NCBI GenBank assembly: GCA_047611865.1
Contig: JBLFWS010000026.1
Coordinates: 1-28,134, forward strand
Direction: 5' to 3'
Length of the DNA stretch: 28,134 nucleotides
Origin: Chlamydiales bacterium
GTDB lineage: Bacteria > Chlamydiota > Chlamydiia > Chlamydiales > JBDQID01
Below, one piece after another: positions 9,856-18,461 of the stretch. The notes below the pieces were generated by a model. That model searched no databases. It had not been told where the DNA came from and was given only the letters and a program-made list of their open reading frames with translations. Positions within the stretch are counted from its first letter, which is position 1, and each line of letters begins with the position of its first letter. The translations under genes were made by a program, and so were the position numbers.

Positions 9856-10100
9856 GATATCACATCAATTCCCGGTGTTATTTTTAGACCTTGAAAAAGC
9901 TAACCCCCCCCCCTCTTTTCTCTCGAGAAAGGGGGGGATTTAAAATTATTTCCGCAGCATTTTTTTGGTTTTAGAGATTTTTCTTTAAATACCCTCAGAA
10001 TCCTTTGTGAGCATCTTTTTGGTTTTTTAGATTGTCTTTTTTTTAATTTATAACACCTTTATTATCAACGTCAAAAACCCCGGGAATTGCTGTCGATATC
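9856..10100. mobile_element. MITE-like element (family 3) with an internal poly-C/poly-G hairpin
   Basis: Left end gatatc-acatcaattcccggtgtt versus reverse complement of right end gatatcgacagcaattcccggggtt; GATATC at both boundaries. Internal stem C10-tcttttctc-tc-gagaaa-G7 at 9904-9937. Confidence 0.7.
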
Positions 10101-10189
10101 AGAAGCTACTTGAAATCATTTACTGTTAGTCAATAAGATGACCATTTTTTCTATACGTAGACTGTTTTACCTTTAAAGAGTGGAAATCC

Positions 10190-11341
10190 ATGAGTACAAA
10201 AAAAACTTTTCAAACTTTCTGCCTTAGCTTCCTTTTATTTATCTCATTTTCCTCTACTGGGATTTCTGCAGACAACACACCATCTAAGTTCTACCCCACT
10301 GTCTACGGAGAGATCGAAATTACTGAACCCATTCTTATCGAATTGATTGATAGTCCACCAATGCAGCGCCTAAAAGGTGTACACCAATATGGTGTAGGAC
10401 ACTACATCAGTGACGAAGAAGAATACTCCCGATATGATCACTCCATGGGTGTTTTTCATCTCTTGCGGAATCATAATTGCTCTTTAGATGAACAAATCGC
10501 AGGACTTCTTCATGATGTTTCTCACACAGTATTTTCACACCTTGGGGATCATTTCTTTGATTATGTCGCAAAAGAAGATTCCTATCAGGATAAAATTCAC
10601 GACGCCATTTTAAAAAAATCGGGCATAGAGACAATCCTTAATAAATATCAAATCACAACAGAGAAAATTCACCATAAAAATAAACAATTTAAAGGTTTAG
10701 AACAGGATCTACCCCACCTTTGTGCAGACCGCATAGATTATAATTTACAAGGTGCTTATCTTCGTGGATGGATAAGCCAAAACGAAATGATGAACCTTTT
10801 TAACGATCTTGAATTTGATGGAAAATCCTGGAGCTTAAGTAACGAAGTACTCGCAGAAAAGTTATCTAATTTTTCTATTCATATGACTACAGCCTGCTGG
10901 AGTTCGATTCCTAACCATCTTGGAAATGAATGGCTTAGTGAAGCTCTTCTAAGGGGTATACAAATGAATATGATCACTCTGAACGATGTTTACCATGGAG
11001 AAGATAAAGCTCTTTGGGAACTATTGTTTCATTCAGATGATGAGGTGTTGCAAGAACTCTTTTTTAAAATTCAACATGTTGATGAATTATATACTCTAGC
11101 GATAGAAGATGAAAATGCTCAACATATCCCTATGAAATTTAGAGGAATCAACCCTTTGATAAGAACAGAAGAAGGCCTTAAAGAACTATCCAAACTAAAT
11201 GCTTCTTTCAACGAAAAATTTCTCATTGAAAAAGCAGATGCTGAAAAGGGGTGGAAGATAACTCTAGGTCAGCCGATCCACTCGCCAGTTAGTGACGCGA
11301 GGATCGGGATTATAATGGACAACGAAGTGCTTACGCTGTAA
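10190..11341 (+). CDS. HD-domain phosphohydrolase (SAMHD1/dNTP triphosphohydrolase-like) with a predicted signal peptide
   Basis: MQRLKGVHQYG, SRYDHSMGV, LLHDVSHTVFSH and LCADRIDY motifs. N-terminus is basic + hydrophobic + GISA (Sec-signal-like). Confidence 0.88.
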   Translation: MSTKKTFQTFCLSFLLFISFSSTGISADNTPSKFYPTVYGEIEITEPILIELIDSPPMQRLKGVHQYGVGHYISDEEEYSRYDHSMGVFHLLRNHNCSLDEQIAGLLHDVSHTVFSHLGDHFFDYVAKEDSYQDKIHDAILKKSGIETILNKYQITTEKIHHKNKQFKGLEQDLPHLCADRIDYNLQGAYLRGWISQNEMMNLFNDLEFDGKSWSLSNEVLAEKLSNFSIHMTTACWSSIPNHLGNEWLSEALLRGIQMNMITLNDVYHGEDKALWELLFHSDDEVLQELFFKIQHVDELYTLAIEDENAQHIPMKFRGINPLIRTEEGLKELSKLNASFNEKFLIEKADAEKGWKITLGQPIHSPVSDARIGIIMDNEVLTL

Positions 11342-11350
11342 CCAGCGCGC

Positions 11351-13177
11351 TTACTCGACAGTTACAGACTTTGCAAGATTTCTTGGCTGGTCGATTTCCG
11401 TCCCCCGCTCTTTCGCAATATAGTAAGCAAAGAGCTGGGCTGCTACCGTTGAGGTAATAGGTGCAAGTTCATCGATCGTTTTAGGGATCCAAATAATATC
11501 TTCTGTGATTTGGTCAAGACCTTTAGTACCTTCTTCTGCAATAGCCAATACCAATCCATTTCGAGCTTTGATTTCCATCAAATTGCTCAAAGTTTTTTCA
11601 ATAGTCAGCTTATTTGCGCAAAAAGCTACAGTTGGACAACTTTCATTGATTAGCGCTATAGGACCATGCTTCATTTCACCTGCTGGATACCCATTTGCGT
11701 TCACATAGGAAATTTCTTTTAGCTTCAATGCCCCTTCAAGAGCAGTCGGATACATATAATGCCTTCCCAAAAAAAAGAAGTTCTCATACTTAGCATACTT
11801 TTTTGCCAAGTATTCAATTTTCTCTTCCCCATCCAAAACTCTTTGGACTTGCTCAGGCAATTTTGACAATGCCTGGAGAAAATCTTGCCCTTCCGATTTA
11901 CTCATATGGCGCATTCTTGCAAGCTGTAAAGCAAATAACGCAAGAACAATTAGCTGACTGGTGAAAGCTTTCGTAGAAGCCACTCCAATCTCTGTGCCAG
12001 CCCGCAAAAACAAGCTACTGTCAGCAATTCTAGTTAGTGTAGAACCTTGAACATTACAAATAGCCAGAACTTTTGCACCCTTTGACTTAAGCTCTCTAAC
12101 TGCAGCTACGGTATCTGCCGTCTCACCAGATTGGCTGATGGCAATTACCAGAGTACCTTCCTGAACAATGGGATTTTTATAACGAAATTCCGAAGATATC
12201 TCCACTTGAACAGGAATTCTGGCCTTATCCTCAATCATATAAGACGACACATATCCCGCGTGCCAAGATGTCCCACAAGCTAAAATTAGAATTCTCTTAA
12301 TAGCAAAGAGTTCATTCATTTCAAAATTAAGGCCATCGAGAGAGGCTGTTCCATAATCTTCCATAAACCTCGAAAGCAAGGCATTACGAATAGTTTGGGG
12401 CTGTTCAAAGATCTCTTTTAGCATGAAATGCTCGAAATCACCTTTAGATGCTTCTTCTACCTGATGAGATAGCTCTTCAATCTGCTTGATCACCTCTTCT
12501 GCTGTTTCATCATAGACGGTAAAGCTATCAGCTTTTACCACTGCTATCTCCGAATCATGGAGAAAAATAACTTCTTTAGTATGAACCAAGAATGCATTAG
12601 TATCCGAAGCTATAAAGGCTTCACCATTCCCAATACCTATTACCAAAGGACTTTCCTTCGCTGCAGCAATAATTTGTCCTGGGTAGTCTTTATGTACAAG
12701 GGCAATTGAAAATGAGCCCTGCAGCAAAGGCATAACCTTTTGCAAAGCTTCTAATATGTCGTCATTATATACCGATGAAATCAACTGTACGATTACCTCT
12801 GTATCCGTCTCAGAAGAAAAAACCACTCCTCGTTCTTTAAGAGATGTACGAAGGGAATCAAAATTTTCGATAATTCCATTGTGAACAAGCGTCATTGTTT
12901 CGCTTGAATCAAAGTGTGGGTGAGCATTTGCCACGGTGGGTTTCCCATGAGTAGCCCATCTGGTATGAGCAATAGCAATATCAAGCTTTAATTGCTCCTT
13001 TAAAGCCTCCTCTTCCATGACCGCAACTTTTCCAACAGCCCTACAACGATGTAATATACCGTCTTTTAATCCAGCTATTCCAGAAGAGTCATATCCTCGG
13101 TACTCAAGCTTTTTCAATCCCGCAATTGATATTTTCACAGCATCCTGTGAACCAATGTAGCCAAATATTCCACACAT
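11351..13177 (-). CDS. glmS: Glutamine--fructose-6-phosphate aminotransferase
   Basis: MCGIFGY, LEYRGYDSSG, HTRWATHG, SQSGETADT, C-terminal PRNLAKSVTVE. TAATG overlap with glmM. Confidence 0.99.
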   Translation of the reverse strand: MCGIFGYIGSQDAVKISIAGLKKLEYRGYDSSGIAGLKDGILHRCRAVGKVAVMEEEALKEQLKLDIAIAHTRWATHGKPTVANAHPHFDSSETMTLVHNGIIENFDSLRTSLKERGVVFSSETDTEVIVQLISSVYNDDILEALQKVMPLLQGSFSIALVHKDYPGQIIAAAKESPLVIGIGNGEAFIASDTNAFLVHTKEVIFLHDSEIAVVKADSFTVYDETAEEVIKQIEELSHQVEEASKGDFEHFMLKEIFEQPQTIRNALLSRFMEDYGTASLDGLNFEMNELFAIKRILILACGTSWHAGYVSSYMIEDKARIPVQVEISSEFRYKNPIVQEGTLVIAISQSGETADTVAAVRELKSKGAKVLAICNVQGSTLTRIADSSLFLRAGTEIGVASTKAFTSQLIVLALFALQLARMRHMSKSEGQDFLQALSKLPEQVQRVLDGEEKIEYLAKKYAKYENFFFLGRHYMYPTALEGALKLKEISYVNANGYPAGEMKHGPIALINESCPTVAFCANKLTIEKTLSNLMEIKARNGLVLAIAEEGTKGLDQITEDIIWIPKTIDELAPITSTVAAQLFAYYIAKERGTEIDQPRNLAKSVTVE

Positions 13178-14547
13178 TATTGCACTCCAATCTCATCTCT
13201 TACTACTTTTGCGATATCATCAGCGTATTCCACAACTTGCTTTTGCTTTTGCCCCTCAACCATTACTCGACAAATATTCTCTGTACCAGAATACCTAACT
13301 AGCACACGTCCTGTGCCAGCTAAATGTTTTTCTACTTTTGCAATCACCGTCTTCAAAGAGTTGATGCCCTCCATTGGAGGTTTAGAAGCCACAGTGATGT
13401 TCACCAAGGCTTGAGGGCATCGCTTCACGATAGAAGCTAAATCAGACAGCTTAGAATCTGTTTCAATCATGATTCTTAATACCTGCAATGCCGAAACGAG
13501 TCCATCTCCAGTAGTATTATGATCTAAAAAGATAAGGTGCCCACTTTGCTCTCCACCTAAGTTGGACTTTTGCTTCAGCATTTCCTGGATAACATATCTG
13601 TCACCAACCCTGGACTGAACAACTTGGATTCCAATATCTTTCATACTTTTTATGAAACCAAAATTACTCATTACAGTTCCCACAACAATGTTATTCTGCA
13701 GAAGGCCTTTGTTTTTCATATCATTGGCACATATTGCAAGAATTGTATCACCGTCAATAATTTGGGCATTTTCATCTACCAAGACAAGACGATCTGCATC
13801 ACCATCCAATGCAATCCCCACATCTGCATGTCTATCTATAACAGCCTTTTGGACAACTTCGGGATGGAGGGAACCACAATTCAAGTTGATATTTTGTCCA
13901 TTTGGGCTATCGCAATAGGTATATAGGGTTGCATCAAGCTCTTTAAAAACCAATGGAGCTACTTTATAGCCCGCACCATTAGCGCAGTCTAAAACAATCT
14001 TCAGGCTTTTAAGAGAATGCTGCCTGGGAAAAGTCGCTTTTACAAACTCTATATAGCGTCCATCGGCATCAACAATTTTGGTATTTTTTCCAATATCTTG
14101 GTCAGAAGGAAGGCAGTCGCTGAAGTTCTGAGTCGCCACAAGTTCTTCCATTTCCTGTTCCATCGAATCAGGAAGCTTAAATCCTTCAGGGGAAAAGAAT
14201 TTAATACCATTATCACAGAAAGAATTATGTGATGCAGATATCACTATCCCTGCATCTGCCCGATAGGCTCTAGTAATAAAGGCTACACCAGGAGTAGGAA
14301 GCGGCCCGACCATAAGAGTATCCACCCCCATAGAACATAAGCCCGCAATTAAAGCATTTTCGAACATGTAACAGGACAAACGTGTATCTTTACCAATAAC
14401 TACCCTATGTTTTCCATTGTGCCGTCGTAAAATTTTACCGGCTGCACGACCAAGGGAAAGGGCCGTCTCAACTGTCATTGGGTGCTTATTAGCATGCCCT
14501 CGTACACCGTCTGTTCCGAAGAGCTTTTGAACTTTACTACTGAACAT
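13177..14547 (-). CDS. glmM: Phosphoglucosamine mutase
   Basis: FGTDGVRG, GKDTRLS, VISASHN (phospho-Ser), DGDADR, GGEQSGH, RYSGTE. Confidence 0.97.
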   Translation of the reverse strand: MFSSKVQKLFGTDGVRGHANKHPMTVETALSLGRAAGKILRRHNGKHRVVIGKDTRLSCYMFENALIAGLCSMGVDTLMVGPLPTPGVAFITRAYRADAGIVISASHNSFCDNGIKFFSPEGFKLPDSMEQEMEELVATQNFSDCLPSDQDIGKNTKIVDADGRYIEFVKATFPRQHSLKSLKIVLDCANGAGYKVAPLVFKELDATLYTYCDSPNGQNINLNCGSLHPEVVQKAVIDRHADVGIALDGDADRLVLVDENAQIIDGDTILAICANDMKNKGLLQNNIVVGTVMSNFGFIKSMKDIGIQVVQSRVGDRYVIQEMLKQKSNLGGEQSGHLIFLDHNTTGDGLVSALQVLRIMIETDSKLSDLASIVKRCPQALVNITVASKPPMEGINSLKTVIAKVEKHLAGTGRVLVRYSGTENICRVMVEGQKQKQVVEYADDIAKVVRDEIGVQ

Positions 14548-14656
14548 TTAAATACTCACAATAAATTAAACTCGAACTATTACTTATACTCCGAAATTTC
14601 GTTTCTTTGCAAGAATCCCTTCCTAATAAAGATAAGTATTTGATCAATACGAGACT

Positions 14657-14820
14657 TATACACAAACGACTTCGAGAATCGCGATTTTGGGTCTCTAGAT
14701 TTTTTCGACTGTTGGAGCTTAAAAATTTCGATTACACTTAGACAAATAGCCGGAATTTCAGGGTTCGTCAAGCGGAAATAGATCGGATCAAAAACCTACT
14801 CTTGAAGTCGTTTTGATATA
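14657..14820. mobile_element. MITE-like element (family 2), longer copy
   Basis: TIRs tatacacaaacgacttcgagaat / reverse complement tatatcaaaacgacttcaagagt; TA at both ends (IS630/Tc1-like, by inference). Homologous to 6964-7057. Confidence 0.78.
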
Positions 14821-14863
14821 AATAGCTTATGAGTCTAAAAATGAAACAAGTTTATAGTTGGAA

Positions 14864-15262
14864 TTATAAGCTTTTACCAATTTTGATGGCGTTTTTGATA
14901 AAATGAACTTTGCTTCTTTCCCTTGGAAGGCTTTCGTAGGTTTTAAGTAAAGTTTCCAATCCATCTACTGCTTTTTCTATGAAAGGACTAAACTCTTCAT
15001 AAATTGATTTGTCTTCTTCTTCAAAGACCATCTTAACACCTTTAAATAGAGCCTGTAGATTTTCCAGAGTTCTTGCGTTATTTGGAGCATGAGCAAAATC
15101 AACTTCTGATTCATGACTTAGCCCGTGGTTTCTTCCTACATAAAGATCTATATGGAAATCATTGTAGATCGCAATCTTATCGCCGGCCCTAATCTTACTT
15201 AGAGCTTTTAGGGGCATTTGAATTTTATCATACTCATTACGGTTTGAATAAGCTTCTCTCAT
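14864..15262 (-). CDS. Hypothetical helical protein (132 aa)
   Basis: A strong SD AGGAGG (15269-15274) lies 6 nt before ATG 15262, so the start is moved from the track's TTG 15268. Motifs LKALSKIRAGDKI and KAVDGLETLLKTY. Confidence 0.75.
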   Translation of the reverse strand: MREAYSNRNEYDKIQMPLKALSKIRAGDKIAIYNDFHIDLYVGRNHGLSHESEVDFAHAPNNARTLENLQALFKGVKMVFEEEDKSIYEEFSPFIEKAVDGLETLLKTYESLPRERSKVHFIKNAIKIGKSL

Positions 15263-15483
15263 CTCCAACCTCCTGTTACAGGAAAAGTATAGGTCATTAT
15301 TTTACAGGCATTTACCCATTGCTTACAAACCATTTTTTCACCAAAAAAACGGTAAAATCAGGCTATTCAAATTAACCTCTCCTCACACACTAATCGTAAA
15401 ATTTTAAGACAAAAAATTCCAAGAAGGTAAAAATTACTTACTCCAAGACTGCCACTAAAAACCACTTAAGAAATAGCACTCCC

Positions 15484-15912
15484 TTAAATGCGACCATTTT
15501 TCAACTCCCACTTTTCGACATCTATACAAGATTCATTTCCAATATGGGTGAAGTTTTCTCTGGAAAGCTCCCTAAGACAAGAAAGTTTATCCTTTTCCAC
15601 GTCTTCATAGACAAATTCACTTTTTTTAGCCCCTTTAAGATAAGTGGTCACTCTTTGAACTCTACCCTCAGTTCCTTTTTCCATGACTTCCACAACACTA
15701 TTTTGCCCTTTTGTCTTTTCAACCCACTCTTCGATCATGCTGTAAAAACTTAGGCTACATGCACTTAAGCTGGCGTGTTCACTGGATAATTTTTGAAGTG
15801 TCAAAATAATTATTTCTTCACTTCCAGAAGCTGTGCCTTCTTTTTCGCCTGCGAACAATCCCAAGCTACAGAAGACCCCAAAAAACAAGAATAATGCATA
15901 CTTTTTCGTCAT
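15484..15912 (-). CDS. Hypothetical exported protein (142 aa)
   Basis: SD-like GAGGGGG before ATG 15912. MTKKYALFLFFGVFCSLGLFA is signal-peptide-like. The track start at 15993 is probably too long. Confidence 0.7.
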   Translation of the reverse strand: MTKKYALFLFFGVFCSLGLFAGEKEGTASGSEEIIILTLQKLSSEHASLSACSLSFYSMIEEWVEKTKGQNSVVEVMEKGTEGRVQRVTTYLKGAKKSEFVYEDVEKDKLSCLRELSRENFTHIGNESCIDVEKWELKNGRI

Positions 15913-16001
15913 TGTTCCCCCTCTGGCCATCAGCAATAATACCTCTCTGAGATATGTACAGCCTATAATTCTCCAGATCTTGCACTCTGTCAAGACAAAT
16001 C

Positions 16002-16084
16002 TTTAAACATTTTTTTTGTTCATAAATTAAGTGTTTGAATGTTCCTTAAGTGGATGGATTTAGGTGTCAAAAAAAATGTTTAAA
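16002..16084. repeat. Perfect 17-bp inverted repeat with a 49-bp spacer
   Basis: tttaaacattttttttg (16002-16018) / caaaaaaaatgtttaaa (16068-16084). Confidence 0.7.
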
Positions 16085-16311
16085 AACGCGAGTTTTCCAC
16101 AATTGCAATTAAATATCTTATAGCCAGGTGCATACCTCTTCCTCCCTAATATATTTTTATCCCTAAAGTTTTCACATAAGAGGGTATAAATTAGATTAAA
16201 AAAATATAAAAGATCTATCCCCACAAATTCAATTCTTGAAATCGTTTCGCTACAATTACACCCAATCTTGATTTGAAGCTTATTGTCATAAGATTTAAGC
16301 CTATTCCTCTC

Positions 16312-16340
16312 TTGACCTTTTTATCGATTTTTACTATGTT
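16312..16340 (+). promoter_or_regulatory. Candidate sigma70/sigma66-type promoter for the pcnB-lpxB operon
   Basis: TTGACC-17 nt-TATGTT, about 70 nt upstream of the GTG start. Confidence 0.45.
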
Positions 16341-16409
16341 TGTTTAGTCTTGAAATGATTGTACACACCGATGTAAACCAGTGAAACTCCCACGGAGTAA
16401 GTAATTTTT

Positions 16410-17672
16410 GTGAATCCGAAAATCTATCCCGCCGCCAAGCACAAAATTAAACAAGAAAATATTGATCAAGATGCCCTCAGTGTCCTTAAAAGACTAAGAG
16501 AGGCTGGTCATACCGCTTATCTCGTTGGTGGCAGCGTTCGAGACCTAATCGTTCAAATATCCCCAAAAGACTTTGATATCTCCACCTCTGCTAAACCTGA
16601 AGAAATTAAACGCCTTTTTAGAAACAGTCTTCTCATAGGGCGCCGTTTTCGCCTTGCTCACATTCGCTTTGGAAAAAAAGTTTTTGAAGTATCAACCTTT
16701 CGATCCGGGGATACTGGAAGTAGCGAATTAATTCTACGCGACAACGAATGGGGAACTCCTGAACAAGACGTTTTAAGAAGAGACTTTACGATTAATGGCC
16801 TCTTTTATGATCCTGTAAAAGATGAAGTTATTGATTACGTCGGTGGCTGTGAAGACATCAAAAAGAAACTTCTCCGCACTATTGGAAATCCAGCAGACCG
16901 GTTCGTACAAGACCCTGTTCGAATGATGCGTCTCTTGAAATTCCAAGCGCGCTTTGGTTTTGAAGTCGATTTCAAAGCTTCTCGTGCTCTGCATAGCTGC
17001 CAAGAAGAGATTTTAAAAAGCTCCCCAGCACGAATACTTGAAGAAACTTTCAAAATGCTTGAATCTGGATCTTCTGAGCCTTTCTTCCGACTAATGGTCG
17101 AATCAGGGTTAATGGGACATCTTTATCCAGCCTTGGAACATTTTTTAAAGGGCAAATACGGCAAAGATGTCTATAGCCACCTACAGGTCGCTGATCAACT
17201 ATACCATGCGAACATGGGAAAAGCTCCGGATCGGGCCGTTTTAACCAGCTGTTTGATATATCCTATCTTGTTAAAAGAAATCGATTGTCAGTTTCTGGAC
17301 AGAGGGGTAACTCCAACATTGGGTGAAATATTTGTACTGAGTCATACTCTTATCAGAGGTTTCGTGACTACTTCATTTCCCCATTTTCCCCGTCGTTTAC
17401 GCACAAGTATGAATTTTATTCTGGACACTCAATTCCGGCTAACTCCTATTACCCATAAAAAAATGGGTAGAGAGAGAAACCTGTCACATGAGGACTTTCC
17501 TTCTGCTTTAAAGTTTCTCAAGTTGAGAAGTATGCTTAACGATGAACTTACGGAAACCTATTCTATGTGGGAGCAACGTTTCAACAACTTCTACAGTAGA
17601 AATCCCAACACTGAAAGAGAAAAACCTCGCCGAAGAAGTAATTATCGTCGGGCACCCAAAAATAAGCCCTAA
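16410..17672 (+). CDS. pcnB: Poly(A) polymerase I
   Basis: LVGGSVRD, KDFDIST, the PAP-specific LIGRRFRLAHIRF loop, EVSTFR, RRDFTINGL, DPVRMMR, and an Arg-rich C-terminal tail. GTG start. Confidence 0.95.
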   Translation: MNPKIYPAAKHKIKQENIDQDALSVLKRLREAGHTAYLVGGSVRDLIVQISPKDFDISTSAKPEEIKRLFRNSLLIGRRFRLAHIRFGKKVFEVSTFRSGDTGSSELILRDNEWGTPEQDVLRRDFTINGLFYDPVKDEVIDYVGGCEDIKKKLLRTIGNPADRFVQDPVRMMRLLKFQARFGFEVDFKASRALHSCQEEILKSSPARILEETFKMLESGSSEPFFRLMVESGLMGHLYPALEHFLKGKYGKDVYSHLQVADQLYHANMGKAPDRAVLTSCLIYPILLKEIDCQFLDRGVTPTLGEIFVLSHTLIRGFVTTSFPHFPRRLRTSMNFILDTQFRLTPITHKKMGRERNLSHEDFPSALKFLKLRSMLNDELTETYSMWEQRFNNFYSRNPNTEREKPRRRSNYRRAPKNKP

Positions 17673-17675
17673 ACT

Positions 17676-18443
17676 ATGTCAAATATTCCCAAGCCCCCTC
17701 CAGTTACTGTCAAAGTTTTAAAGGGCCCTTCAAACACAAATATATATTGGACCGGTCCTGATTTATCAGAGGGGTGCTTACCCGCTCTGTTTTATTTTGC
17801 CATTTCGGGTTCGGAGAGCCTAAGCTTGGATCCTTTTAACCAGCCTGTTGCTTTTCTTTCAGGAGAGCCCTTGCGTGTCTTCTCCCTTACTCTCCCTTTC
17901 CATGGAGAGGGTTTTGACAAAAACAAAGCTGTTGACCTGTGGGTAGAAGAAATTCAAAACGGATCTGACATTATTTCCAGCTTTGTTCAAAGAGTAATAG
18001 ACTGTATTGATTCTCTGATTGAAGAAGGCTTTGTTGATAGCGAAAACATAGCTGTTGCAGGTTTATCTCGTGGTGGCTTCATTGCTTCACATATCGCTGC
18101 TCGACATCATTCCATCAAAACTGTGCTTGGTTTTGCCCCCATGACAATTGTAAGAGGGAACAACTCCTTAGCAGACTCTCTTTCTTTGGAAAATATCACT
18201 GAGCAGTTAACAAAAAAATGTCTACGGTTTTACATCGGCAACCGAGACCAACGAGTCAGTACAGCTAAGTGCTTCGAATTCATAGAAATGCTTGCTGAAA
18301 AATCCTATGAAAAGAAGATACGCTCTCCTCAAGTAGAACTAATCATTAGTCCATCTATAGGGTATATGGGGCATGGCACTAGCCCAAGTGTTTTTTTCAA
18401 TGGGGCCTGCTGGGTCAAAGAAAGATTATTAAATTCTCAATAA
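17676..18443 (+). CDS. Alpha/beta-hydrolase (esterase-like)
   Basis: Nucleophile elbow AGLSRGG (GxSxG), candidate Asp in IGNRD and His in GYMGHGT. Confidence 0.85.
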   Translation: MSNIPKPPPVTVKVLKGPSNTNIYWTGPDLSEGCLPALFYFAISGSESLSLDPFNQPVAFLSGEPLRVFSLTLPFHGEGFDKNKAVDLWVEEIQNGSDIISSFVQRVIDCIDSLIEEGFVDSENIAVAGLSRGGFIASHIAARHHSIKTVLGFAPMTIVRGNNSLADSLSLENITEQLTKKCLRFYIGNRDQRVSTAKCFEFIEMLAEKSYEKKIRSPQVELIISPSIGYMGHGTSPSVFFNGACWVKERLLNSQ

Positions 18444-18461
18444 TAAGAGGCTAGAAAATCC

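Noticed and set aside
7164..11341. SPFH + HD hydrolase as a two-gene anti-phage system
   Set aside because: They are separated by tyrP on the opposite strand and by separate repeat elements, so they look like independent insertions.
13170..13185. glmS ribozyme or other leader upstream of glmS
   Set aside because: The glmS start overlaps the glmM stop (TAATG), so there is no leader.
14580..14771. 63-aa minus-strand ORF upstream of glmM as a leader peptide
   Set aside because: It lies mostly within the MITE at 14657-14820, has a TTG start and shows no recognisable features.
16410..17672. CCA-adding enzyme as an alternative call
   Set aside because: The LIGRRFRLAHIRF signature and the basic C-terminal tail indicate poly(A) polymerase.
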